Below, in pieces: positions 1 to 13,336 of a stretch of 64,000 nt of DNA. Both the position numbers and the translations under genes were made by a program. How positions within the stretch are numbered: position 1 is the stretch's first letter; every line of letters begins with the position of its first letter. The notes under the pieces are model-generated. The model did not search any database and was not told the DNA's origin. It saw only the letters and a list, made by a program, of their open reading frames with translations. The stretch lies in assembly GCF_963921235.1 (NCBI RefSeq), contig NC_086108.1:29886001-29950000 (forward strand). The letters run 5' to 3'. Source of the DNA: Mobula hypostoma (Eukaryota).

Positions 1-305
1 TCCTGGCATGGTTAGAGCATTGGCTGATTGGTAGGAGGCAGTGAGTGGGAATAAAAGGATCCTTTTCTGGTTGGCTGCCAGTGACTAGTGGTGTTCTGCA
101 AGGGCCAGTGTTGGGATCACTTCTTGTTATGCTGTTTATCAATGATTCAGATGATGGAATAGATGACTTTATTGCTAAGTTTGCAGATGATACGAAAATT
201 GGTGGAGGGGCAGGTAGTGTTGAGGAAACAGGTAGGCTGCAGAAGGACAGACAGATTAGGAGAATGGGCAAGAAAATTGCAAATGAAATACAATGTTGGA
301 AAACA
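1..305 (+). mobile_element. CR1 LINE fragment (RT domain), truncated by the window edge
   Basis: ORF 45-308 reads WLPVTSGVLQGPVLG...FINDSDDGIDDFIAKFADDTKIGG, the CR1-type RT with the FADD motif. Confidence 0.9.
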
Positions 306-1930
306 TAGGGCTTCTACAGATATGTTAAGAGCAAAAGGATAGCAAGGACAAAATTGGTCCTCTGGAGGATCAGAGGGGTAATCTATGCATGGACCTGAAA
401 GAGATGGAGGAGATCTTTTAATGGATTTTTTTCTCATCTGTATTTACCTGAGAAATGGACACAATCTGTAGATGTGGGGCAATGCACGTGGGGTCATAGA
501 CACTATACAGATTACAGCAGAGTGTTTACTGACTTGAGGTGGATAAATGCCTAGTCAGTTGTTTAAGAAAGACACTTAGGAATATGCCAGGAAATTATAG
601 GCTAGTGAGCCTGACGTTAGTAGTGGAAAAGTTTTTGGAAGTTATTCTAAGGGATCACATTTATCAGTATTTGGATAGGCAGGGACTGATTAAGGATAGT
701 CAATCTGACCGCATGATGACCGATCTTAGAGTTTTAAGAGGAAGTTACCAGGAGGGTTGATGAGGGCAAGGCAGTGGATGTTGTCTACATGGAACTTAGC
801 AAGCCCTTTGGCAAATTCCCTCATAGGAGGTTGGTAAAGATGGTTCAATCACTTGGCATTCAAGATAAGGTAGCAAATTGAATGAAGTACTGGCTTCACG
901 GGAGAAGCCAGAGAGTGGTTGTAGACGATTGCCTGTCTGACTGGAGGCTTGTGGCAAGTGGTGTGTCGCAGAGATCAGTCCATTGTTTTTTGTCATCTAT
1001 ATCAATGACCTGGATGATAATGTGACAACTGGATCAGCAAATTTGAGGAGGACACCAAGATTGGCTGTGTAGTGGACAGAGAAGAATACTGTCAGGGCTT
1101 GCAGCAGGATCTGGATAAACTTAAAACATGCGCTGAGAAATGGTAGATGGAGTTTAATTTAGACAAGTGTGAGGTGTTGCACTTTGGGAGGACCAATCAG
1201 GGTACTGTAGGGCTTAAACGATGAGTGGTAGGGCACAGCGTAGTGTGGTAAAACAAAGGGATTTGAGAATGCAGATCCATAAATCATTGAAAATTGCATC
1301 ATAGGTAGATAAGCGTTGTAAAGAAATCTTTCGACATATGGCCCTTCATAAATCAATATAATTACAGGAGTTGGGATGTTATGTTGAAATTGTATCAGAT
1401 GTTGGTGAGGCCTAATTTGAAATATTGTGTCCAGTTTTGGTCATGTACCTACAGGAAAGAGTGCAGAGAAAATTTACAAGGATGTAGCCAGGACTTGAGA
1501 ACCTGAGTTATAGAGGAAGGTTGAATAGGGTTAGGACTTTTAGTCCCTAGAATGTAGAATATTGAGGGGAGATTTGATAGATACAAAATTATGCAGGGTA
1601 TAGATAGGTAAATGCAAGCAGGCTTTTTCCACTGAGGTTGGGTGAGCCTACAACTAGAGTCATGGGTTGGGGGTGAAAGGTGAGAAGTTTAAGGGGGACA
1701 TGAAGGGAAATGTCAGTCGGGGGTAGTGAGCATAGGGAATGAGCTGCTGATACAAATAGTGGATGTAGGGCTGCTTTCAACATTTAAGAGAAATTTGGAT
1801 GGGGTACATGGATAAGAGGGGTTTGGAGGGCTATGGCCTGGATGCAGGATGATGGGACTAGGCAGATTAATGGTTTGGCACAGATTAGATGGGTCAAAGT
1901 GCCTGTTTCTGTGCTGTAGTGTTCTATGAC
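306..1930 (+). mobile_element. Degraded CR1 LINE (ORF2 middle, RT and 3' end)
   Basis: Contains GFYRYVKSKRIARDKIGPLED-like coding, PGNYRLVSLTLVVEKFLE (ORF 539-760), RT remnants and a CR1 3' tail ending ...tgtgctgtagtgttctatga. Many stops and frameshifts. Confidence 0.88.
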
Positions 1931-1934
1931 ACCA

Positions 1935-3685
1935 CCCCAGGCAAAGCATTCCAGGCATCCATCACTCTTTGGTTTAAAAAAAAATACCCTGTACATCTTT
2001 TTTGAAATAATCCCCTCTCACCTTAAATACATACCTTCTGGTTTTAGATAGTTCAACCCTGAAAAAGATACTCTATCTATGCTTCTCATAATCTTATAAA
2101 CCTCTATCAGGTCACCCCTCAGCCTCCGCTACCCCAGAGAATACAACCCAAGTTTGTCCAACATCTCATGATATCACATGCCTTCTAATCCAGGCAGCAT
2201 CCTGGTAAACCTCTTCTGCATCCTCTCCAAAGCCTGGACATCCTTCCTATAATTGGGTGACTAGCACAGTTATGCAATACTCCAGATGCAGCCCAACTGG
2301 AGTTTTATGAAGCTGCAACATAACTTCCTGACTTTTGAACACAATGCCTCAACAAATAAAGGCAAGCATGTTTATGTCTTTTTAGTCACTTTCAAGGAGC
2401 TATGAACTTGGACTGCAAGATCCCTCTGCTCATCAACACTGTTAAAGATCTTGCCCTTGGTAATCTACTGTCACTTTACCTTTGTCCTATGAAGATACAA
2501 CACTTCACATTTAACTGGGTTATGCTCTATCTGCCATTTCTTAGCCGATACCCACTGTATCCATTACCAGTCTTCTGTGCTATTCACTATGTTACCAATC
2601 TTCGTATCATCTGAAAACTTACTAACCCACCCATCTATATTTTCATCAAGGTCATTTATGTACATCACAAACAGCAGAGGTGCCATTACAGATCCTTGTG
2701 AAACACCACTAACCATAGTCTTCCAGCTTAAATAAGACCCTTCGACTACTACCCTCTGTCTTCTATGGCCAAGCCAGTTCTGAATCCAAACAGCTAATTC
2801 ACCATTAATCCCATGCATCTTAATTTTTTGGATAAGCCTCATCAAGTACCTTACTAAAATCTGTAATTCTACCGTCATCAAACACCCTTGTCTTCTCGGC
2901 ATAAAACTCAATAAAATTTAGTAAAAAATGACCTGCCCTGCACAAAGCCATGCTGGCTCGCCCTAGGCCTTGGTTTTCCAAATGCACATAAATTCTATCC
3001 CTAAGGATTCTCTCCAGTAACTTCCCTACCACTGACATGAGACTCATCAATTTATAGTTTCCAGGATTATTTCTAGTTCCTTTCTTGAATAATGGAACAA
3101 TATTAGCAGGTTAATGGTTCTCTCAATAACCTGGAGTATATCGCATCAGGCTTTGGGGACATCCACTTTAATATTTTTTAAGAGACCCAACACTAACTTC
3201 TCCTTTATCTTGAAATGCCCTAGCATATCAATATGCTCAGCACTGATCTCTCTGTCCTCCATGTCCTGCTTGGTAAATATGGATGTAAAGTAGTCATTAA
3301 GGACCTCACCCACATCCTCCACATCTAAGCAAATATTCCCTCCTTTATCTTTAAGTGGTCCTACCCTCTCCCTAGCTATTCTCTTGATCTTGATGTACGT
3401 ATAGAATGCCTTGGGATTCTCTTTAATTCTGTTTGCCAAGGGCCCTTTCATGGCCCCCCTGGCTTTCCTAATACCCTTCTTCTTTCTTTGCTTCTTTATC
3501 ATTCTCAAGAGCTCTGTTTGATTCTAGTTTCCTAAGCTTCACATATTTTTCCTTTTTCTTCTTGACTAAATTCATCACCTCTCTCGACATCCAAGGTTCT
3601 CTTAACTAAGAGTACTTTTGCACTAAGAAGGTCTCAATTTATATTAGGGAAGTTGAAGTCCCCCCATGACAACCAACCCTATTTT
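1935..3685 (-). mobile_element. Degraded CR1 LINE ORF2
   Basis: Minus-strand ORFs read WIQNWLGHRRQRVVVEG...SGVSQGSVMAPLLFVMYINDLDENIDGWVSKFSDDTKIG and LANRIKENPKAFYTYIKIKRIARERVGPLKD. An endonuclease remnant MGDFNFPNI lies near 3645-3670. Confidence 0.9.
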
Positions 3686-6419
3686 ATTGTTGTTTTTAAA
3701 TGACTCCTGCATTACATTGATCTCATCTCTCACTCATTACTTCAAAGTATGAAGTGAAATGACAGGAAGTTGCTACTGAGCAATTGTAGTTAGAAGGACG
3801 CAATCCACTAGTACAAGCAAGTCACATTGGTGACTTTGATGTAGACAGTAAATCAATGAAGCTGCGTAAGAAAATTGTCAACCTAGCCTCGATATAGGCA
3901 GTGTGAATATAATTTAAATAACTACTTGAAAATTATTTTGGCATCTCTTGCTGAGGAAAGATTTTGACTCTTAGTCAGTTTTGCCCAATATGCTAATTCT
4001 AACCCAATGTCAACAGTAAATTTTTTACCTTTACAAACTTAAGTTCTATGTTGGTTGGCATTAATGGGAACTTTGAGTTTAAAATGATACAATAGTGACT
4101 TATTATTTTTCAGAGTTCATTGCTGTCAGCAATAATTTTTTTTCCACAGAAACAGGAGACAAGTTATTCCAATGTACGGAAGTTATGCTTACTTATAAAG
4201 GAGCTAAAATCATTTCATCTGATGACCTATTACACATGTCAGCAATGAACGGAGAACTGTTGACAACCCTGTTACGTTTGGTGAATAACGATTGCTGTTC
4301 TTGCATTTGTCTAGCAACTCTAGATGTTGAATTCAAGTGTTCAGGCCAACTTATCCCTTGGTCTGAATTGGTCCCAGAGGAAATTTCTGTGGAATGATCC
4401 TTTTCATACACATTTTTCTGGTCTTAATTATGAGGCAATTAAATTATTTTGTGTTAAGTGACTATTTAATTCATATTTCTGTATACTTTCATTATAACCT
4501 TATTTTTGTCTTCATGCTCCATGGTGGTGATTTTACAATTATGTTCAGACAGTCAGAAACTGTTGAAATCATGGCCCTAGAGAAGATTATTCAACCTTTT
4601 GTGACCATTCCATAGCAATTCAGGCTATCCCACTTCCCAGTCTTGGTCTAAATGTAGCTCTGCCTGTTTTGGCACATTGTTTATCATGATTCTTTGAGTG
4701 GTAGTTCTGGCTCCTGCAGTGGCTGATCTGAGACCTCCTTTCCAGTCAAGAACAAAGGTTTTTGCCTAACTTTATGTTTTCTTGCCTATGGTCCCAGTTG
4801 TTGATAGCTGAAAAAACAATAAGCTCCCTTTTTGCACTGTTCAGTCTTCCTTCAATTGGTAGATCATTGTTTTTTCCTAACTTGCTGCTGGTCTATAGAC
4901 AATGGCCTAATGTATCTTTCCACAGCTCTAGCAATATCATTGTAAGTCTTTTCTGCACTATCATCCTGCCAAGATGTGAGGCAAAATGTATACTGTTCAC
5001 TTGCCTCCAAACAACCTTGCTGATCAAATACTGTATTCATTGTGTGAATGTTACAACTCCTTTAGGGGTGACTTGTCCTGAATACTCTTAATGTACCACT
5101 GGGACAAGTCGCTGACACATGAGATAACTTCATTATGTTGAAGCCTTGGGAATGTCTTTTATTAGGTCTTCGTTAGAGAGACCATGTGGTGATGTGCATT
5201 TGGAATGACGATTAATGATTAGTTTTTGTCATGTAAATCAACTATATGAATAAGTCACAGTTGGTGTAAAGCATGATGTTAGCAGAATCCCTCTTCTTGA
5301 TATGTGTAGACTGCTGATCGCTCTGCTTTACCCCGTCCAAGCCTCCACTAATTCTGTACACAAAGATTAAATCTTTCCTATGCCCTCTCATTCATAGAAA
5401 ATGGTCTGCAGTTGACCCTGAACCAAGTCTGCAGTCTAGCTGCTGCAATTAATAAAGACTTTGCAGCCACAGTGTTGAGATATCAAATTATTGATAACGT
5501 CTTTGTAAGTGTTGATTTCAGCATTATTCAGTAACTGCTAATGTGGGTGTGATTTTTTTTTTATTTCCAAAGAAATATTTCCTCTATTTAATCTATCCTA
5601 TGAAGAAAATAACTAGAATTAAAAACACAATGCAGTAAATTCTCGGCAGGTCAGGAGGCATCAATGGAATGGAATGCGTTTTCCTGCAAAGTACTTCCAA
5701 TATTTTGTTTTAGGTTCCCAACATCAGGGCAAAATTTTCTGTTTTGAGGCAAATCACCGGAAGACGTTTTCTGTTTCCGCTTTTCAGCATGCATTCAAAG
5801 TGCTGTTGCCCAGAGTACTTCGTATTTGCACTGGCAGTGCTTCAGGTCCCACCATTTTGATGTTGAGGAAACTGCAAAGTATAAGACGTTAGAAGTAGCA
5901 GAGGGAAGATTTAATCATCAAGGCCCTTTGGTATGGATTTCATTTGATTAAGAGCTTCTAATGTGAAAATGTTGACAAATTATTGAAGACTGAGATTATC
6001 TGTACCTTGGTGGGAGAGTAGACACATCATCAGGACCAAGTAATTCCTATCAGCAGTAGGTGTGGCAAAGGTCTGGAATTTTCAGGAGTCATGGGGATGA
6101 TGTAATTATTTTGTTTACATTCATGGCTTTGTGAGCATCCTTGATTCTTCTTATGAGAGAAGTTAAGAAAATGTCTGTTTTGAAAGCCTAGCATTCAGCA
6201 TGCAAGTGATATGGTGTGCACAATGGAGATACCCGACTGTATTGAGGGGCTCCATGCTGGGGACATTCTCCTGGCAGAAGATGCAGGCATTAGTTCACTA
6301 TGCTTGCAATGAATTTTTGTAGGATTTTGTGGAGGTGATGATCTGTAAACCTCTAATCTGACCTACAATTCTAAAAGTTTGAATGACAAATGCAGATCAG
6401 TGATAGAAGTGGACATTAT

Positions 6420-6525
6420 TCTCAGTCCTGATGAAGGCTCTCGGCCCAAGACATTGACTGTTGTTTACTCTTTTCCGTAGATGTTGCCTGACCTGCTAAT
6501 TTCTTCCAGCATTTTGTGTGTGATC
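6420..6525 (+). mobile_element. Old Penelope-like element 3' terminal fragment with decayed hammerhead motif
   Basis: cagtc-CTGATGA-aggctctcggccc-aagacatt-gactg (6423-6460), followed by the family tail. Confidence 0.7.
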
Positions 6526-7172
6526 CATTATTCTTAGTTTATCTCCATGAGAAACTTTATAAAGGTGGCCTTCAAATTTATGTTAATTTCGTTTTACGCG
6601 CCAGGGTAAAGAAATAATATACATGAGAAAGTTATTGTTCACAGCTTGATTTTTTTTAAGCCTCTTAGGGTCTTATTTAATATGATGACCACCTTATGCT
6701 GTTTTTTTTGTGGACACTCAATTGATTACTGTTAGGTATGTGTGCTTAATGGATTTATTACATATAATAACAAAGTCCATGATTATGGAATGTACAGACT
6801 GATACACAAGACATAGTACTTGAATGTGTAGAAAGATGCAGTGGTATTCAGCTAATAGCCCTTGAACCTAAAATCCATTTAGTCAGATAACACAATTGTT
6901 AGTGGGGACTGCAACCTTTAAGTAATAATTATTCGTAACTGATGTAAACTTCAGGAAAAAGCTGAGCTCACTCAATATTAATTAGTCTGTTGAAAAGTCT
7001 CAAATCTTTCAGGTGCCATGTTTGTACTGGGTAACTTCCGTTGTGTTTGAAGGGAGCGGCACTGAAACTTTGGTTTCTCGTAACGTAACGTTAACTTCAT
7101 GCCTATTTCAAAAAGCAAGTAGATTGCAAGATAAAAGACAATGTAGAGCCGACCCTGATACTAGCATTTAGA

Positions 7173-7395
7173 GCGACACACACCAAAGTTGCTGGTGAAC
7201 GCAGCAGGCCAGGCAGCATCTCTAGGAAGAGGTACAGTCGACGTTTCGGGCCGAGACCCTTCGTCTAGTCCTGACAAAGGGTCTCGGCCAGAAACATCGA
7301 CTGTACCTCTTCCTAGAGATGCCGCCTGGCCTGCTGCGTTCACCAGCAACTTTGATGTGTGTTGCTTGAATTTCCAGCATCTGCAGAATTCCTCT
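7173..7395. mobile_element. Penelope-like element terminal repeat inserted as a palindrome, 14-bp TSD
   Basis: Inverted arms 7173-7265 and 7273-7365. TSD tactagcatttaga at 7159-7172 and 7396-7409. Confidence 0.9.
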
Positions 7396-7459
7396 TACTA
7401 GCATTTAGATGTTGGTACTTAACAGTTTTTGGGTATTCCTAATGAGATTTATACTTAAT

Positions 7460-7730
7460 CAAAATCAAGTTTAATATTACTGGCATATGTCGTGATATTT
7501 GTTGTCTTTGCAGCAGCAGTGACATGCAATACATAATAATAGAAAAAATGTGAATTATAGTAAATATATAGTTAAATAAATAGTTCAAAAATAGAAATAA
7601 AAAAGTAGCGAGGTAGTGCTCATGGGTTGAATATCCAGTCAGAAGTTGGATGGCAAGGGGAAGAAGCTGTTCCTGAATAATTGACTGTATGGCTTCAGGC
7701 TTCTGTACCTCCTCCCTAATGGTAGCAAGT
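7460..7730 (-). mobile_element. Rex1/Babar-type LINE 3' fragment
   Basis: Minus ORF LLPLGRRYRSLKPYSQLFRNSFFPL plus an AT-rich 3' UTR shared with the copies at 21080 and 61030. Confidence 0.8.
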
Positions 7731-9349
7731 GTTGGCATTTAGTGTGAATACCAGTAAATATCATCAGTGTCATTATTTGGATTCGTGGAGCATAAAGAAT
7801 ATAACTTGAATTAATTCTAATCACTTAAACTAGAACTCTTTTGTCTACTTTGGACATATTGTGGCTCAATTGTTGAAGTAACCAGTTTACTGAACTGTAT
7901 GGTTTTGAAGATATTCGGTTCATTAAAATGGATAATCATGTTGCTGCATTATATTTGCAAGAATGTTTAATGACTGTGGTTGAAACAAGCAAGTATGCTG
8001 TTTAGAAAGGTTGTGAACAAAGTACATTGAATGAATTGCAAAGGGCTGCAAGTTCCCATCTTAAATTCCTCTAGGTTGTATACATGTAGTTCTTTCTGCA
8101 TCTAATTAGGATGTCACTGTAGGTCAGTATCTCTGGAAAATGGGAATGGTTTGTTCTTATTTTGCCGGATGAGGAATTGACCTGTTGAATATAATAACCT
8201 GAAGTCTTTTCTATTTGAAGAAATAAAACATCAAAGTCAACAAAAAACATGACATTAAAAAGTTAATTGAACTGGTTAAAGCTTTTGAATACCAATTTCT
8301 GTTGCATCAAATCAATATGTAAAGTTAATCAGAAAAAATGCCTCCTGTTTTGGCCAATTATTTCATTATTCCATGTAATTATCAACATTTTTTATGTTTC
8401 TAATTCTCTTCGATACCAGACAATAAATTAATATATGGATTTGAAGAGTCTTGAGTAAATATGAAAGACTTTTGAATGAACCATACTTGATCCTTTGGTT
8501 CTCGTTTTAAAAAGTTGATTTTCTTTTGGTGGTGTTATCTAAAATATGCGCCAATTCAACCAAGAAGGTATGAAATAAACTTATGATTCCCTTCTCTCGG
8601 TGTCTGCAGCCGGGTCAAAATGTTGCAAGTTGCTTTACCAGAGTAAAATGTCCTTTAAGTTTACTACTTGTTGCATGCTAATCAAAGCTTGGATTTTGAG
8701 GATGGAAAGCAGATTGACCACATTTTTTGGCTTTTTATAAATGCTTTACTTCAGTTTATTTCAGAAGGTTGTCTGAATCCAAATACTGAGCTGGAAATCC
8801 AAGTTGCAAGGACTTTGACTAGTATTAGTCATGTCTTCCTGAAAGGAGGCCAGACCATCACTAACTACCACACAAACTCTTCATCCAGATAAACGCAAGT
8901 CAAGATTACGCTGAGTTCTGATTGAAAATCTAATTGGAGCTTAGATTCTTCAACAAGTCTGGTTACATGTACATGGTCTTTACTAACCCCATTTCACCTG
9001 TAGTAAGCTATCAATTGCTGGAAATAATTGACGTGCAGCTGAGTGTGCAGACTGCTTTCTCTAGATGGCACTGGTGCACGCTCAACTTCAAAGTTTGTGG
9101 TCAGGTTCCAAATAACCTACTAAATATTTGGATTTGAGATTTGAGAAGCTGCACAAACTGTCCTTTTTTGAGGACGGTGTATTTTCAGATCATCATTACT
9201 CATTCTACTGAGAATGCTTGTTGCTTGACATTTTCTTTCCTTGCAAGAAATATTAATAGTTTTGGCCTGATAGATTGCTGCTGAGATTGCTGTCCATTTG
9301 GAAGGACATGGACATGGTCTCAGTTTAAGAGCTCATTCATAACACTTTG

Positions 9350-9635
9350 CACAGTTGCACAACTAATAGAGCTGCAGCTTTCCATAGGCAGAAGTTCACT
9401 CCTGACCTCCAGTGCTATCAGTGTGAAGTTTGCATCTTGCCCCTTAACCTGGTCCCTCCAGATATTCTAGTTTCTTCCTAAAGCCCAAAGATATGTAGGT
9501 TGACCACTTTATAGGTGAGAGGCAGGATCTGGGATGGTGGGGGTGGGGGGCTGCAGTGGGAGTCGAGCTAACAGCACTTGATGCTCATGAGTACTCAGTG
9601 GCTGAAGGATTTGTTTCTGTGTTGTATGACTCTTT
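9350..9635 (+). mobile_element. Old V-SINE/HE1-like SINE remnant
   Basis: Degenerate V-SINE core (gtgtgaagtttgcatcttgcccc...tttcttcctaaagcccaaagatatgtaggtt) with a CR1-like tail (gtttctgtgttgtatgactct). Confidence 0.5.
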
Positions 9636-12600
9636 AAGAATGAAATGTCCACTTAAAGGCCTGTGAAAGCTCACTGTTTTACACCAGAGAGCTGGGATGC
9701 TCAGCTGATTGATAATGGTCTGTCTTGCTCAGCAGAATAGAGAATGAGCATAACTTTAGAGGAAGTGAAGCAGAGTTTAGCAAAGTTTGCACACTGTACT
9801 GCTCACCACTTATTGCCCCAGTTTCCAAGTTCTCTTCCACTCTTTCTCTGTCCACCTGCAATTTTGAAATGAGATTGATTAATCTTTTGTTGGTACACCA
9901 TGAGATATGAATGCCTGTGTGTTACATAACTAATGCACACAGAAAACACCTCCACAAATGTTGCATTGTTAGTGAATGATAAATGTAGCGTAGAAGCTGT
10001 TTTTGGTACTGGAGAAGGGCTGCTAGAACTGCAATGTTGGTGAGATCCTGCTCCAAACCTCTGTGTTTTGTCGACAAGTTGTAATTTTGTTAGTAGTTGA
10101 CTAAAACCAGGGACTTGATTTAAACATCTGGACCACTGCTAATTCGGCATTTGGGCAGAGGTGATGAGAGAGGAAAGTTCAGGCTTATTTGATTCTACTG
10201 CCAGATGGCTCTTTGGAACGAGAACCACTTTTTGCCTTCTGACTAATTAGACTGGGTGAAGTGGGAGGAGGGGCGTGAAGATGACAAAGTGATTTATTAA
10301 TTATTCATTTCCTCATCATTTATGGATTACAGCAATTTAATGGATGTCATCTGAGAATAGACCCAGCATTCCTTCAGAGGCATCCCACAGATACTGTGCA
10401 TATTAATTTGCAGGCTATTATTCCATCACTTCCTGTGTATTTATTAAGGCACTGTTCAGAGTTTAGCTACAGGCTGTGAGACAACACATTTTAACAGCAA
10501 TCTGCTTGTACAGCTTTTAACAAAATCCATTGCACACATCTTCTATCCAGCCTGTGGGTAAAGCCGGTCAGTGTGCCATTGCTGTGATAAATGGATGCAC
10601 TTGAGCAAGCTGTTATCGGTCTGTAGTGCCACCATACTTTTAGTGCGGCCTCTCATTTGTGACATTTCTCTCATAGCACTTAATCAGCTGTAGTGATTGA
10701 CAGACAAATTGCTTGTAATATTATCACTACCGCAGACTGCATTTAATGAGTTTGTGCCAAGACTCTTTTGGGGGAGAGGTGGTGTAACAAAAATGCTGAT
10801 CTTGATTATGTACAGAATATCTGACATCCCCCCCCACCCATCCCCAGTATAAGCTGTTTGGATGAATGAAGTATGCCTCTTATGAAATTCACATCACCAC
10901 ACTGAAATCTGTGCTGGGAAATAAAATTCTCTTGCAGAATTTGTCAATTTGTATTAAATTTCTGCACACATTTTATTTTGGTGCATGCACGGATGTGGCT
11001 TTCCATTATGGAAAATTGAGATTATGGATTATTTTCTGGGAATGCACCTCCCATTCCCTGTAGCATGGAGGTCAACTGTAATACATATAATGCTGGAATC
11101 ACTCGGATTGTGGGGCATTGTACATAGGAAGATCAAAAGCTTGAGCATTAGCTCCGAGGCCTGAAACACTAACTGTTACTTTTACGATAGATTCTACCTG
11201 ACCTAAGTATATATCGTGTGTTCTATTAAGTTTTTTTTTCGTATTTCTAGCATCTGCATGTGTTTGCTTATTTTTGTACACTGATGTGGTGAATAACACC
11301 TGGAAAAGACCAGGATGGCATGAGAGGTGGTGGAGAATCAAGTGAGATTAATGTGTATTTCTGGAGGTTGAAGAAGAAAGCATAGTAAAAGGTTATTTCC
11401 CCCCCTCCACCTCCCAAAAAACATCTTTAAGAATTACATGTGATGCTGTGGTGATTTTTGTATTATCAGTAATGTGCAATGGAAGGCCACAGATTTAATT
11501 ACATTTATGTCTGTGCGCATACACATAAAAAGGCACTTGTGTTTACTTCCCCTCCCCATCCCACAAAATAAACCTTATTTACAAGAATTTGCTGCCAGTG
11601 ATTTAACTTAATCAGCCTCATGGATGAGTCACAAATTCCTCCATGCAAAACATTTTGGGTAGATGAAGCCTTCATTCACTACTTGCACCATCTGTGCTTA
11701 GCACTGATTTGAAACTAAACCGGACTTCACCACATGAATAGCTACTCTCATCCTTGTAGCTTTCATCCTGTCAGCGCCAACTTCTCCTCAGCATTTCAAT
11801 GTGAAACTTTGCCATAGCCTAATTCAATTCTTACAATGGCTGGTCTCAACCCCCTCCCTCATCGCTTCTTAAAAAAATCTTCACTCTTCATCCAATTTCA
11901 TGCAACCATCATTCCTGTTGTGGTTGACTTGTGGCTTTCAGCAACTTTCATATCCCAAATTTAAAGTTGCCAACAATGTTTAATCTGCCTTGTCTGATCT
12001 CTTCAACATCCTCCAGCTTTGTATTACCCTACCTGAACTCTGTTCTCTCATCACTCTTTTGTCTATTCTCTCCTCATTTCATTTTGTTCTTAATTTCCCA
12101 ACAATTGGGACCTCCCCATTGGAATTTCACCTTCTAAAGTTATGTACCTCTTCTGAAAAAGAACAGGTGAAAGACTTCACGGAACTACCTTTGCCTCATA
12201 TTCCTTAAATTGTTGTTGGTGTGAACATTGGGTGACATATTTTGAGAAAGAATTAGCAGATGACTTGTTTTGAAGGTTTGCTTCTAGGTGGGAGAGAGAA
12301 ACAACAGGACTTTGGAGTATTCAAATTAACAAGTTAATGTGTTCATTTCCATTTTCCAAATGAGTTTCAAGCTTCTACTTTTTTGTATTTGTAACGTACT
12401 CCTTACTTCACGCAGAAAGACTTGTTCTTAAATTTTCAGTATTTTTCTACCCTGCCCCTGCATTTTGGTGCTGGAGTCCAATCAGTGGAAGTCATTTGAT
12501 TCTATCTACCCTCTCAATCCCCTCTTTGAAACCATGATTTAATTGTCCTCGAGGTTTATAAATCCAGGGAATACCCATCCAGTTGGTATAATGATTTCTT

Positions 12601-13200
12601 GCAGTTTAACTTTTATCTCCTTAGCTGAATTTGAGATGCTTAGAATGCCTTTATCGGATGCAATCTTCAAAAGGTGTTGACAAACGCTGTTACTGAAACA
12701 GTAAAACAGGCACGAGAAGGGGGATTTTGGGAGGAGACTTCCCTTGGTGTATCTAGAACTGGATGCACAATTTCAGAATAAGTGTTGACACTGTTAAAGC
12801 CTGGGATTTCCCCTGAGTCAGAAATCTTTGTTTTTTTCTGTAACAGTTGTGGAGGTGGATTCATTGAAAATATTGAAGGCAGCAATGGACATTTGAAATA
12901 CAAAGAAGTTAATGTTAAAAGGGAAGAGCATGAAAGTGTGATGAAATATTATGTGAAGGTTAGGGGAAAAGAAGTCAGTGAAGGCATTAAGCATGGGTGA
13001 TGATGAAATGGACTTGATGAAGACATGGATATAAAAGCTAAAAGCCATTTCTTGAGTCAAATGACATAAAGGCTGTGTGCACAACCAGTTTTGAGGGAAT
13101 GAAGGGTCTTAGTGTAGATACTTCATCTTTTAATGAGGCTTTCTCATCGATTTGATTGAAGAAAATGTTTACACGTCAATGTCAAACATAGTTTCTAAAT

Positions 13201-13252
13201 CAGGGGTTCAGTTAGTGGTAGGAGTCCATGGCATAAAAGGTTGAAATCCCCA
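13201..13252. mobile_element. Tiny hAT-Charlie-like MITE remnant (52 bp) with 8-bp TSD
   Basis: Begins caggggttc and ends gaaatcccca. Flanked by ttctaaat (13193-13200) and ctctaaat (13253-13260), close to the NTCTARAN target preference of Charlie-type hATs. Confidence 0.65.
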
Positions 13253-13336
13253 CTCTAAATGATCGGATCATGGGGTCCAAGATGCTACCCATTGACACTA
13301 GCCACCTTGGTTCATCAGTAGGAAAACTGTAACTTA

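Noticed and set aside
7161..7404. Recurrent peptide MLVNAAGQAASLGRG... (also 27887, 41820, 56047) as a small protein family
   Set aside because: It is an antisense or UTR translation of the Penelope-like terminal repeat, appearing on both strands because of the palindromes.
12667..13084. Possible APOBEC4 or other nested antisense gene (APOBEC4 lies within RGL1 in mammals, from recall)
   Set aside because: No HxE...PCxxC deaminase motif or recognisable similarity in these or any other listed ORFs.
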